Source of the DNA: an uncultured delta proteobacterium
GTDB taxonomy: Bacteria; Myxococcota_A; Polyangia; Fen-1088
Direction: 5' to 3'
Assembly: GCA_963755125.1 (NCBI GenBank)
Contig: CAVWIP010000008.1
Span: forward strand, 320,001-384,000
DNA length: 64,000 nt
A program made the position numbers and the translations under genes. Every line of letters starts with the position of its first letter. Position 1 is the stretch's first letter. Of the stretch, positions 49,161 through 59,529 are shown piece after piece. Below the pieces are notes generated by a model. It was not told the DNA's origin, did not search any database, and saw only the letters and a list, made by a program, of their open reading frames with translations.

Positions 49161-50440
49161 TGGAGTTGACCCGATTTGGTGGACGGTTTCGTTACGCAGC
49201 TTTCTTACCAGCTTTCTTCACTGAGTGCATCAGCTCAAATTCGATTGGGCTGTTGTAATTGAGCGCCGAATGACGGCGGCAAGGATTGTAGAAGCCTTCG
49301 ATGTACTCGCCAATCGAGAGGTTAGCTGCCTCCCAGCTTTCGAGATCGTCGATGTCTTCCAACTCGCGCTTGAGGGTCGCGAAGAAACTCTCGGCCACGG
49401 CATTATCCCAGCAGTCTCCCTTCCGGCTCATGCTGCATTCTATGCTTCCGGCTTCCAAGGCTTTGCGGTAGTCGTCGCTCGCGTACGTGCTGCCTCGATC
49501 TGAGTGGTGAACCAGGCCGCTGCCGGGCTGGCGTTGGCACAAGGCCATGGCCAGTGCCGCGAGCGCGAGGTGGCGATCGACATTCCGACTGGTCGCCCAG
49601 CCGACAACCCGCCTGGAAAACAGGTCGAGAATCACCGCGAGGTACAGCCAGCCTTGCTGCGTCCACAGAAACGTGATGTCAGTGACCCACGACTGGTTTG
49701 GACGAAGCGCGGTGAAGTTGCGCTCCAGCACATTCGGCGCGATGGGGAAGCTGTGCTTCGAGTCGGTGGTCGTGCGAAAACGATGACGACAGCGCGCCAC
49801 CAGCTTGTTTTCGCGCATCAGCCTGGCCACCCGCTTGCAACCCACCCGATCCCCGGAAGCTTTGAGGTCGGCATGAACACGGGGACTGCCGTATCGTCGC
49901 CGGCTCCCGTGATGAATCGCGGCTATCCGCTCGGACAGATCCTGGTCACGGCGTGCGTGCAACGAGGCGGGCCGTCCCTGGCTGGCGTAGTAGCCACTGG
50001 GCGAAACGGCCAAGACACGGCAGAGGACCGCGACGGGGAAGGCCACCTTCTCCTCGGAGATGAACGCAAACCTCACGCGCTCTCCTTGGCGAAGAAGGTG
50101 GCCGCCCTTTTTAAAATCTCACGCTCCATGCGGAGGACTTTCACCTCGCGACGCAGATGCGAAAGTTCTTCCTTCTCGGCGGTCGTCAGGGCGCCAGCAG
50201 GGCCCTTGCCCTCGTCTACCCTCGACTGCCGATCCCACTGGTACACCAGGCTGCTTGCCACCCTGAAGTCCTTTGCTACCTGCGCGACGCTGCGTCCTGC
50301 ACGGACGAGCGCCACCAAGTCTGCCTTGAACTCGCGCGTGTGCATGCGCCGGGATCGCTTCTTCTCTTTGTCCAACATGTGGTCACCTTTCTACGCCCAT
50401 TTTCCTGAGCGAGGGTGTCCACCAAACCGGGTCAAGTCCA
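49161..50440 (-). mobile_element. IS3-family IS, copy 2 (intact orfA 50073-50378 and orfB 49192-50076)
   Basis: Same IRs as copy 1; DNAVAESFF; no TSD. Confidence 0.93.
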
Positions 50441-50935
50441 ATCTTCTTCCGCCAAGTGTACGCATTCTTCATCGTCCACCTCGCGTCGAGGCGAGTGGTC
50501 CACGTTGCCGCGACTCGGAATCCCACGCAGGAGTGGACGGCACAACAACTGCGGAATGCGACCATGGACGGCGATGCTCCGCGTTTCCTCCTGCGCGACC
50601 GTGACGACAAGTTCGGCTCCGCGTTCGACCATGTGGCGAAGGGCGCCGGGACGAAGGTGATCAAGATCGCAGTGCGAGCCCCCAACATGAATGCGATCGC
50701 AGAGAGATTTGTGGGCAGTGGCAGGCGTGAGCTGCTCGACCACGTCATCCTGCTCGGCGACCGGCACCTGGATTCACTGGTTCGCGAGTACAAGGTCTAC
50801 TTCAATGAGGCTCGACCCCATCAGGGGATCGGACAGCGCGTGCCGTCTGGCATTCGGCATCACGACCTGAGCAAGCCGATTGTCATCAGATCTGTGCTCC
50901 GCGGTCTGCATGCTGACTACCGGAGGGCCGCGTAA
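50441..50935 (+). pseudogene. rve integrase-core transposase C-terminal fragment
   Basis: LLRDRDDKF, PNMNAIAERFV, YFNEARPHQG, GLHADYRRAA. Confidence 0.8.
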
Positions 50936-51098
50936 TCAATGAAGTTCTCGACGGACGAGCAAGGTAGCCACCACGCAGGGAGAGATCTGCTCTTGACCGA
51001 CCCGCCACTTCATAGTCGGCGAACAGGTCTGCACGCTGACTACCGGAGGGCCGCGTAATCAATGAAGTTCTCGACGGACGAGCAAGGTAGCTACCACG
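50903..51098. repeat. 73-bp direct repeat (50903-50975 and 51026-51098)
   Basis: GGTCTGCA.GCTGACTACCGGAGGGCCGCGTAATCAATGAAG... occurs twice. Confidence 0.85.
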
Positions 51099-51155
51099 GG
51101 GATCGTATCGAAGGTCCTCGTGCGCAGCTGAGTTGCTAAGTCCTCACGGTTCGCT

Positions 51156-52994
51156 CTAATCCGCAACCAGGCAGTTGTTGCGGAACGGCTCGGCGTAGAA
51201 TTCCGTGGGGGCGTTAGCCGACTTGGCCACCAGCGTGCCGTACATTGCGCCATACACAAGCTGCACGTCGGCGGTCGGCGCCAAGATCGAACCTGGGAAA
51301 TACACGTACTTTATCACTAGGGACTTCGCCTGATAGAAGTTCCAAAGGATCAGGCCATAGTTATGACCACGAACACCAATCCCCGCACTCGTCATTGTTG
51401 GAGCGTCGCCGACAACATTGATAATCACCGTCGAGGTAGACGGGACGTTCAGATCGATGGAGTAAGTGGCACTGAGGTATGCCTGGTCGATCGAGAATAC
51501 GTTCAAACCTGGCTGTGAGGACGAGAGGCTGAGGTTACCATTCGTTTCCGGCTTTACCACTATTTGATTGGGCGCCTGGAAAAGAGTCTCCGACATGACC
51601 CCCAAAGCGCCACCCGCGTCTGCGAACCGGATAGGGGTTCCCTGTGTGGGAGTCGCTGTGGCAGATTTCTGGGTTACCGTCGTGGGAATACTCTGGCTCG
51701 CTGTCGGCCCCCCATAGTAAATGTTCCCGAAAACAGTCCCGTTGTTGAGATTCAAAGCCTCCCCTGCAACCAGTCCAACTGGTTCTTGAAGACTATTGAT
51801 CGAGAATCCGGCTAGAACGATATTGCCCTGCGCGGCAACCGCGTAATATGAGTCCGGTATATTGCTCACATCTCCTTGTAGAGCGAACACGCTAAAATCG
51901 GCTGGATATCGTTGGCTCGTTGTTCCGACTGTGTCAAAGGTCCATGCGCTGCCCGTCCCGGCGTCGCCGGCAAAGCAGCCATTTGGGTAGTTGATGCTAT
52001 TCCAGGCTTGAAGCCCCGCAACTACGCAAGAGCTGCTCCAATACCCGGCAGGATCACAACAACTGGGCAGCGAAGCGCACACAGTTGAAATCACCTCGTG
52101 CATACTGGTCGAGGGATTCGGCTGGAATGACTGACATCCTGACACGGGAACAATCAGCGGCGCCCCTAACGAGTCCCAGGTGTGAGGCTCCTGTGCGTAC
52201 ATCGCTGCGCAGATCTGTTGACGGAGGTCGACAACCGCGCCAAATAGGACGCCGACTTCGGAGGTAACCGCCCATATTTGGCCGTCTCCGGCTGTGCCAG
52301 GGGCGAAAACCGAGGGTCCGCCGGAATCACCCTCGATGATAGCGCGAGGCTCCAGATTGTAAAATCCGTTCGTAGCGGGCTCGATGTAGGTCCAGTCTAT
52401 ATACCTCATGTTGTTGTCGCCACCGCCATAGGTACGCACTGTCTCCCCAAGGGAAGGGAGGTTGGCTGCTAGTGACGCTGGCGTTGCCACGCTGGCCGGC
52501 ACGGGTTCGTTGAGGAGGAGCAGGGCCACGTCATTAGTGCCTGAGTAATCGGGTTGTAGCGTGGTATTTTCGTGGGTCCAGTCTGTGTCGACTTCCGTGT
52601 CACAGCAAGCCGAGCCATTCTTTGGCGTACAAAAGGTGGGTCCGAAGTTGAGGATCTTCGTAACGGGACGCCAGGTCGTCTTGTCGGAGCAACCGCTCGC
52701 CACACCACAACGAGGCATGAACTGGTAATAGCAGCTTCCCGTGGGCAGTGCGTCCACCTCAGTGGTGAAATTCACGCAATGACCCGCAGTAAGTACCCAC
52801 CGCGGCGCCACAAGCGTCGCGCCGCATCCGCCGTTGTTGGTAGCCAAGTTGCCAATTTCTGGGTGGACCGACGTTACCACGTCGGCATCAAAAGCAGCGC
52901 TCAAAGGCTGTCGCAACGTCTCGACTTCACGCGGATTACAACCTGCGGACGAGAGAACGACGACTGCAATGGGGAAAACCACAGCTATGCGCAT
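51156..52994 (-). CDS. Lipoprotein: trypsin-like S1 protease plus choice-of-anchor A-like domain
   Basis: SAGC lipobox; LTAGHC, DVALL, GDSGGP triad; IINV.G...ILWNF...GSILAP.A. Confidence 0.82.
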   Translation of the reverse strand: MRIAVVFPIAVVVLSSAGCNPREVETLRQPLSAAFDADVVTSVHPEIGNLATNNGGCGATLVAPRWVLTAGHCVNFTTEVDALPTGSCYYQFMPRCGVASGCSDKTTWRPVTKILNFGPTFCTPKNGSACCDTEVDTDWTHENTTLQPDYSGTNDVALLLLNEPVPASVATPASLAANLPSLGETVRTYGGGDNNMRYIDWTYIEPATNGFYNLEPRAIIEGDSGGPSVFAPGTAGDGQIWAVTSEVGVLFGAVVDLRQQICAAMYAQEPHTWDSLGAPLIVPVSGCQSFQPNPSTSMHEVISTVCASLPSCCDPAGYWSSSCVVAGLQAWNSINYPNGCFAGDAGTGSAWTFDTVGTTSQRYPADFSVFALQGDVSNIPDSYYAVAAQGNIVLAGFSINSLQEPVGLVAGEALNLNNGTVFGNIYYGGPTASQSIPTTVTQKSATATPTQGTPIRFADAGGALGVMSETLFQAPNQIVVKPETNGNLSLSSSQPGLNVFSIDQAYLSATYSIDLNVPSTSTVIINVVGDAPTMTSAGIGVRGHNYGLILWNFYQAKSLVIKYVYFPGSILAPTADVQLVYGAMYGTLVAKSANAPTEFYAEPFRNNCLVAD

Positions 52995-53151
52995 GACTGA
53001 CCCTCCTTGGCAAGTGGTCGACGAGCCCGACAAGATGCGCCATTAGCCCATGGCGTTTCGGGGATGTCAAGGAAGGTTGGTGCTGACCGTTGATCTTTGG
53101 CGAAAAGTGCGGCATTGGTGCGGGAACTCCGCGAAATGCCTGTGGATAACG

Positions 53152-54273
53152 TCATTTGGACGCCTCCAGGAGACGCAGAGGACGCATGGTGGGTGGTTCG
53201 AGAATCAGGGGCACGGAGAGGCGGTCGAAGCGCGCGGAGAATGTGCCGAGCGCCAAGGCTCTGATGCCGATGGTGACGAAGGACTGACGAGGCCCTTTGC
53301 GTTTGCAGCGCAGGCGCAAAGAGGGATCGATCAGCGCGGCGGTGATGCCCACCAGAGTCCAGATCAAGAGGGCTACGGCCAGAAGGCTAACGAAGCGGGC
53401 CAGGGCCACTGGGTCGCGGAACTGGGTCCAAAAGAGCTTGGCGCCGAAACGTCGGCCTTTCGTGTCTCGGAATTGCTCCTCGACGGTCATGCGGCGGTCA
53501 TAGAGCGCCAGCACCTGCTTGGCGGAACCGGGTTCGCTGGTGGCGACCCACCACGGTTCATGAGCACCAGGAGCCCAGTATCCGATGATGCGAACCGAGA
53601 CAACACCGTCGGCACGCAGCGGAACCACGCCGAGATCGAGCACCTGCCCTGGTTGCAGGAGAATGGCCTCCAATGGTCGACGTACACCAGGCTCAAGCTC
53701 GACGTAGACATCGGCCATCAAACGGACGACGAAGCCCAAGCGCAGCGTCTGCAACAACGCCAGCCAACTCGCGCGACGAAATCCGCGGTCGCACAGAATC
53801 GTCGCGGTGACACCCGCCCGACGGGTGACGTCGGCCAGGAAGCGCAGGAAGGTATTCTCCCGGGTATTCTGCGAGCGATCTCGGATCAACTTGCGCCAAC
53901 CTTGAACGAAGACGGGGATGGCCCGCTTGCCGGTGACCATGGCAGCGACCAGGAGGCGCAAGTCATGGTGCCATTCGGTCCAGTCCACAGCGAGCAGGAC
54001 ATGCCGATCCGGGCGACGGGCGAGCAAATCCAGCGACCGCGTGGCGAATTCAAGATAGTCGACGTGCTCATTGCGCAGCAGCCGGTAGAAGCGGTTGACC
54101 GCACTGTCCAGCCTGGTCCGCAGCCAGCCGGCTAGCGTCGTGGCGATGGCGAACGAGCGAGCCTGACCAGTGGCGGCGATGGCGGCGATGATCAGACCCA
54201 GCGTTCTGCGGCGCGCCTTATGAAAAGGGTCGAGCAAGTCGCTGAGAAATGGGTAGGTTCGTTCTGGGCTCAC
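53152..54273 (-). CDS. IS4-family DDE transposase
   Basis: AVDWT, LCDRGF, YDRRMTVEEQFRDTK (YREK-like). Confidence 0.85.
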   Translation of the reverse strand: MSPERTYPFLSDLLDPFHKARRRTLGLIIAAIAATGQARSFAIATTLAGWLRTRLDSAVNRFYRLLRNEHVDYLEFATRSLDLLARRPDRHVLLAVDWTEWHHDLRLLVAAMVTGKRAIPVFVQGWRKLIRDRSQNTRENTFLRFLADVTRRAGVTATILCDRGFRRASWLALLQTLRLGFVVRLMADVYVELEPGVRRPLEAILLQPGQVLDLGVVPLRADGVVSVRIIGYWAPGAHEPWWVATSEPGSAKQVLALYDRRMTVEEQFRDTKGRRFGAKLFWTQFRDPVALARFVSLLAVALLIWTLVGITAALIDPSLRLRCKRKGPRQSFVTIGIRALALGTFSARFDRLSVPLILEPPTMRPLRLLEASK

Positions 54274-54574
54274 GGGGAAACCTCCTGCGTTTAGTTGGCA
54301 AACCAAACTTCGGAGGACCCGTGGGCCCTTTTCCACTTATTTTTCACGCTATTTCGTAAGTGATCGAAATGATCCAGCTTTTTCGGGCTCGATCTGATAG
54401 GCGGTCAGAGGTTGGTGGGCGGTGGTCCAGATGAGCAGAGGACTTGGAGATTCCGTATTGCCTGCCGGTGCCGGCGGTGCCGGTGCGCGCGTTGACCGGC
54501 AGGGTTTGTCATCGTAGCATGGCGGGAGAATCGTTTTGGGTCTGCGGCCCCCGGTTTGCAGACATGAGGTGTAG

Positions 54575-56506
54575 ATGAGTTCACGCTCAGCCCTTCTGGC
54601 TATGGTCCTCGTCGCAGCTTGTGGCCGGTCTGAACTGATCGAGGGTGGGTCAGTTGCCGACGATAGCCGCGCAGGCAGCGGTGTTGTGCGCGACGGAGGC
54701 ACGGACGCGGCTCGGGAGGCAGGCTTCGCCGATACCGCGCAGAGTTATCCAGTGGATGTTCCCGTTAGTGGATCGGGTGGAGGCGGCGGCGGGGGCATGG
54801 GTGGTGCGACTGGTCTTGGCGGCTCCATCGGCGTCGGGGGAGCCCTTCCCACTAGCGGCAGAGGTGCCAATGGGGGTGCCACTGGCGGGGGGAGTAATGC
54901 CAACTTCGGTGGCATGTCTGGCGGTGCCGGCGGATCTCTCAACGCTAGCACGATAGGTCAGGCCGCTACTGCGAATGATGGTGGAGCCAGCGGTGGCGGC
55001 ACAAGCATTGCGGGGTTCGTAATCACCAGCTTCACCGCTTCTCCACCCATAGTCACGTTGGGTCACAGCACGACCCTGCGTTGGACCGTGGTCGGAGGTC
55101 CCGCATACGCGGTGCTGTCCCTCGATGATCAAACAGTTGCCTATGTGCAATCGGGGACTTTGGCGGTCGTGACGCCTAGCCAAACGGCAACTTACACATT
55201 GACAGTCTCGAACTCCAGCGGCCAGTCAGTGACGGCGCAGGTGCTGGTTACAGTTGTACCATTGCCGACCATTGTCAGCTTTGCAGCCAGCCCACCTGCC
55301 ATCAACGCTGGCGCGAGCGCTAATCTAACCGCGGTTTTCACGGATGGTACCGGAGCTATCAACAACGGAATCGGAAGCATCAGTAGCGGCGTCGAGGCGA
55401 ACACTGGCGCGCTTGACGCCAGCACCACGTACACCCTGTCTGTAATTGATCCTGCGGGTGATTCCGTTGCGGCGCAGGTGATCGTGACCGTGGCACAGCC
55501 GCCAGGCTTGTTCACTGCCACGGGCTCGATGAAAGTGGAGAGGGAAGACCAGACTGCGACATTGTTGCCGAACGGAAAAGTCTTGGTCGCTGGCGAATAT
55601 TCCGGGTTCGGTGCGGAACTGTACGATCCAGCCAACGCCACCTTCATGTCCACAATGACGTCGGGCAGGCGATGCCAGACGGCAACCTTGTTGTCCAATG
55701 GGAAGGTGCTCATGACCGGCGGCCAGGATGACGATGGCGGCTTTCTTGCGAGTGCAGAGCTGTACGACCCTGCGAGCAGCACCTTTGCGGTCACGGGTTC
55801 CATGATCACGGCCAGAATGGAACACACGGCGACATTGCTGTCGAATGGGAACGTACTTGTCGCCGGGGGGGCTGTCGCTGATTCGACGCCCCTCGCTAGC
55901 GCAGAACTCTACGACCCAACGAGAGGCACCTTCACGGCCACGGGTTCCATGACTGCGGCGAGGGTATCACACACAGCGACCCTGTTGCCGAGTGGGAAGG
56001 TACTCATCGTCGGCGGGGGCGCTAACTACCCCAATGCTCTTTCCAGCGCTGAACTGTACGACCCGGCGAGTGGGACCTTCACGGCGACGGGGACCATGGC
56101 AACAGCGAGACAGAATCATACGGCGACCCTGCTGCCGAGCGGGAAAGTACTTATCGCCGGAGGGATGACTTACAGCGTCATTGGTTCCTTTTCAAGCGCC
56201 GAACTGTATGACCCAGCGAGCGGGACCTTCACGCTGGCCGGGAGCATGATCGCAGGGAGGGATAGCCACACAGCAACGCTCTTGCCGAGTGGAAGGGTGC
56301 TGCTTGCTGGCGGGGCCGACTACACCGACGTTCTTTCGAGCGCTGAGTTGTACGACGAGGACACCGGGGCCTTCACCACCACAGGCACCATGATCAGATC
56401 GAGGACCGGTCATACCGCGACATTGTTGCCTAACGGGAAGGTGCTCGTTGCGGGTGGGGGCAGCAGCGCCGCTGGCGTTCTATCCAGTGCAGAGATCTAC
56501 TACTGA
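54575..56506 (+). CDS. Kelch-repeat lipoprotein with two Ig-like domains
   Basis: LVAAC lipobox, Gly-rich linker, SFTASP...TYTLTV twice, seven Kelch repeats. Confidence 0.88.
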   Translation: MSSRSALLAMVLVAACGRSELIEGGSVADDSRAGSGVVRDGGTDAAREAGFADTAQSYPVDVPVSGSGGGGGGGMGGATGLGGSIGVGGALPTSGRGANGGATGGGSNANFGGMSGGAGGSLNASTIGQAATANDGGASGGGTSIAGFVITSFTASPPIVTLGHSTTLRWTVVGGPAYAVLSLDDQTVAYVQSGTLAVVTPSQTATYTLTVSNSSGQSVTAQVLVTVVPLPTIVSFAASPPAINAGASANLTAVFTDGTGAINNGIGSISSGVEANTGALDASTTYTLSVIDPAGDSVAAQVIVTVAQPPGLFTATGSMKVEREDQTATLLPNGKVLVAGEYSGFGAELYDPANATFMSTMTSGRRCQTATLLSNGKVLMTGGQDDDGGFLASAELYDPASSTFAVTGSMITARMEHTATLLSNGNVLVAGGAVADSTPLASAELYDPTRGTFTATGSMTAARVSHTATLLPSGKVLIVGGGANYPNALSSAELYDPASGTFTATGTMATARQNHTATLLPSGKVLIAGGMTYSVIGSFSSAELYDPASGTFTLAGSMIAGRDSHTATLLPSGRVLLAGGADYTDVLSSAELYDEDTGAFTTTGTMIRSRTGHTATLLPNGKVLVAGGGSSAAGVLSSAEIYY

Positions 56507-56661
56507 GCTGAGCCGCCCTTCTTCATTTTGGGGTAGTCCGAAGTTGGTGCCGTCGCTCTGGAGTGGCAGGGTTTGCGTCAGTTCGTGCGCATAGAATGGC
56601 GAACCTCGGGGGATGCCGTCCCGAGTTTGGTGAGGCAGCATGGCCCACGAACCTTCGCCCA

Positions 56662-57511
56662 TAGCCGGGTCCTCGTCAAACTCCTCGTCGGCCTTCGACA
56701 GCGCCACTGCCACCTCTCGCGCGCGGCGGGCAACCTCGCCACCAATTTCATCTGCAAGTGCGAGGAGAACGCGCCAGTTGTCGCGCGCTCTGTAACTCGC
56801 GATTTCGTCGGGAATCTCGGGATCGGCCGCCCGAAGTTGATCGGCATGATCTTGCACCCAGCGGGCAGCTTTGCGACGCAAGTGCTCAAGCTCATGGAGC
56901 CGGTCCAGACGAAAGCCCTCGACCTGCTCGTGTCGCGCGCGCCGTTGCATCGGAATGATGATGGCGCGGTCCTCGACCGTCTTGGGCACCTTGCCGATGA
57001 GGGCGATTACCACGGCCGCCCATGTCGAGAACGTGCCAGTCGCGCGGGTCACCAAAGCGTAAGCGCGGAGGTGGCAAGAGTTGAGCAAGCCGCGCAGGGC
57101 CTCGTTGCCGATCAAGAAACTGTCACCCTCGTCGATCAGCAGCGTGGGGTGGAAGTCATTGATTGCATGGAATAATGATGCCGCGGTCGCGTTGGTGGTG
57201 CGGAACGGCTTGGGCACCAACACGGACAACACATCCAGGGCAGTGGTCTTGCCGCTTTGCGGAACGGCGCTGGAAATGACCAGCATCGGGAAAAGCTGGA
57301 ACAGGTCGTGCGCGTGCGCCGCCAACGCCCAGAGCGAAAAAGCCAAGTAGGCGGGCTCGCTGGGCAAGATCAAGAACCTCCGCACGAATGACTCCATGTC
57401 CTTGATGAGCTCCCGGCCGTCCACCGGGTCAGGCCACGGTGCGACCTCGGCAACCCGTTCACGCGCGTCTATTCCATCATCGACTCCACCACGCCGAACC
57501 GGGTGGGCCAA
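56662..57511 (-). pseudogene. DUF3631 protein, N-terminal half with P-loop
   Basis: PWPDPVDG, SAVPQSGKT, LLIDEGD, RARDNW; family similarity ends at DEDPA. Confidence 0.8.
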
Positions 57512-57739
57512 GATGGGGAGAACATAGAGCCGGAAGATCGGGGCCTCGTGCGGCTCTGCGCCACCACCGACGCCTGGGGGCCGTCACGCACAGGCTATTC
57601 CAGCCACATTTCTCGGGGAGGGGTCACGCGCAAGGCAGCAACATGCTTGCCGCAGCTCATTGGCCGGCCACCCCCTTGCGAGCAATACGTACCAATTTCC
57701 GACATTTCCTAGGTACTCACACACGACAAGGAGATCACG

Positions 57740-57988
57740 ATGGAAGAAGACATGGCACCACCAACACGAGAAGAACTGAAGGAACGGATACGTCAGAGCC
57801 TCAACAGAATCGGACCGCCGCAGCTGATCAGAGAGATTCGGCACTACCTCAACAAAGAAGGTGTGGATTTCGTCGCAACAGGGGAAGGGTTCCGGGCAAC
57901 TGTGGATGACGCCGATCTGGTGGCTACGCAAGAGTTGCGGCAGATTCTCACCGAGATCCTGCGAGAGAGCTTCCCGCCGGATGCCTAA
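57740..57988 (+). CDS. Small hypothetical protein
   Basis: AAGGAG RBS; TAATG coupling to the next ORF. Confidence 0.55.
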   Translation: MEEDMAPPTREELKERIRQSLNRIGPPQLIREIRHYLNKEGVDFVATGEGFRATVDDADLVATQELRQILTEILRESFPPDA

Positions 57989-58356
57989 TGGAGGGATTGG
58001 TTCAGATTGGATTGGACGCCGGCGCCGAGGAATTCTTCGCCGAACCCGTGAACCCGCGAGGCAGAGCCTTGATACACACCATCCAGGCATTGCGCGAGGC
58101 CGGCTACAACACCGAGGCAGCCGCCGTTGACCAAATACGGCACGAGATCGAGTGGTCCGGCTACGTTGTGTGCTTGGTGGGCAACGTGCAGGCCGTCTTG
58201 CGAGCGCAGGGCGTGCTCGGGAAGCTCAGGTTACTGCTCCACACCGCCAGCCTCACCGAAGCGGATGCCGCCTGGATACGGCGGCGCGAGGCCGGCGTGG
58301 TGTTGCTTGGCAAGGAGAAGAGGCGATGCCGAAGTAGCTCGGCGGCCTTGCGGTAG
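57988..58356 (+). CDS. Hypothetical protein
   Basis: Translationally coupled ORF. Confidence 0.45.
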   Translation: MEGLVQIGLDAGAEEFFAEPVNPRGRALIHTIQALREAGYNTEAAAVDQIRHEIEWSGYVVCLVGNVQAVLRAQGVLGKLRLLLHTASLTEADAAWIRRREAGVVLLGKEKRRCRSSSAALR

Positions 58357-58719
58357 CGGAAACCAATCACACGATGACCCCGTTTCATCACGATGTCCCA
58401 GTGCAACTGTTCTCTGTCGACTGCACCGAACGATGGTGCCGTCCATTCGCCCACACCGGAATCGCCGGCGGCGAAGCAGGATGGTTCCACCGGCGGTGCA
58501 GTAGTGGCGCAGCTGGGGCAGATTTCCGGGAAGCTGGACGTGATCATCGACCTCCTACGGCGTGCTACGCTTGGGCCTGGCACATCCGGCAGCGCAGATC
58601 CGAAAGGAGATGACGCATGCCAAAACGAGGACGAAAGGAGGCTGTCTTTGGACCGTACAGGGTTTCCCGTCGACGCTGGCGAATCTTCTACGTTGGCCGA
58701 GACGGGCAGGGGAGCAACC

Positions 58720-59077
58720 GCTGTTTGGGGTCAGCCGCTTCAGCGTTCGGTGGTGGGTTCGCAAAATCTGCCGTCTGGCCGGTGTACCTGTGGTCAGTGC
58801 CCACGGCTTACGTGGCACGCACAGCACGCTGGCCACCACGGCGGGGGCGACGGCGCACTTCGTGATCAGTGCCATGGGCCACACGTCCTTCGACGTGACC
58901 CGGAAGCACTACCTGGCGCCTGGAGTGGAGGAGAACGCGCGGGCGAGGCGCACGTTCGATGTGTTGCAAGGCGGAAAATCTGTAAACGATACGGTCCAAT
59001 CGTTTACAGATGCAGAATCTGGCTCACAGACCGCATCCTTAACCGATCATGAAAAGACCCTGAACCCGCTGGAATGA
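58720..59077 (+). pseudogene. Tyrosine integrase C-terminal fragment (Int4, Int3-like)
   Basis: VRKICRLAGVPVVSAHGLRGTHSTLA...MGHTSFDVTRKHY. Confidence 0.8.
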
Positions 59078-59090
59078 TTCAGGGTTTGTC

Positions 59091-59371
59091 CAGTGCGAGG
59101 AGGGGGACTTGAACCCCCATGGCTGTTAACCGCTAGCACCTCAATCCAGCGAGACGCTCCTGATTTCAATGATTTAGCGGAGTTGGAACGTCAGGAAACG
59201 TCAGGAAGCGTCCCGGAACGTCACATTCTGGCTACGCACAGCCAGAATTCCGAGCCCGCCGATCCGGTGGCCGAGGGGCTTACGGACGCCTGGCGTGCTT
59301 GGGCCGAGCAGCATGAACCGCGCGAGCTGCGCAAGGTACTGCTCGCCATCATGGGGTTGCTCGATGAGTAG
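59091..59371. repeat. att core copy 3 (inverted, 59093-59144) plus element-end arm
   Basis: Reverse complement of 47948-48228; IHF-like site TTTCAATGATTTA at 59164-59176. Confidence 0.92.
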
Positions 59372-59529
59372 AGGCGTGTGTGACTCCAGAGGCCGGACCT
59401 CCTACCCCCCCTCGAACATCGCTCTGTACCCGAAGCCCGCAACCTCGTATAGTCACGGCTGGTTTTCTCGGGTATGGGGTTAGTTGACGCAACACTTGGA
59501 TATTTGGACAATTGAAGGTGCGACGAGGC

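Noticed and set aside
41025..50440. Composite transposon between the two IS3 copies
   Set aside because: Copy 1 has its own AGC TSD and the outer flanks do not match.
53141..53149. Perfect DnaA box (TGTGGATAA) beside the IS4 transposase stop
   Set aside because: Single 9-mer; could be chance or part of the IS end, and the IS ends could not be defined.
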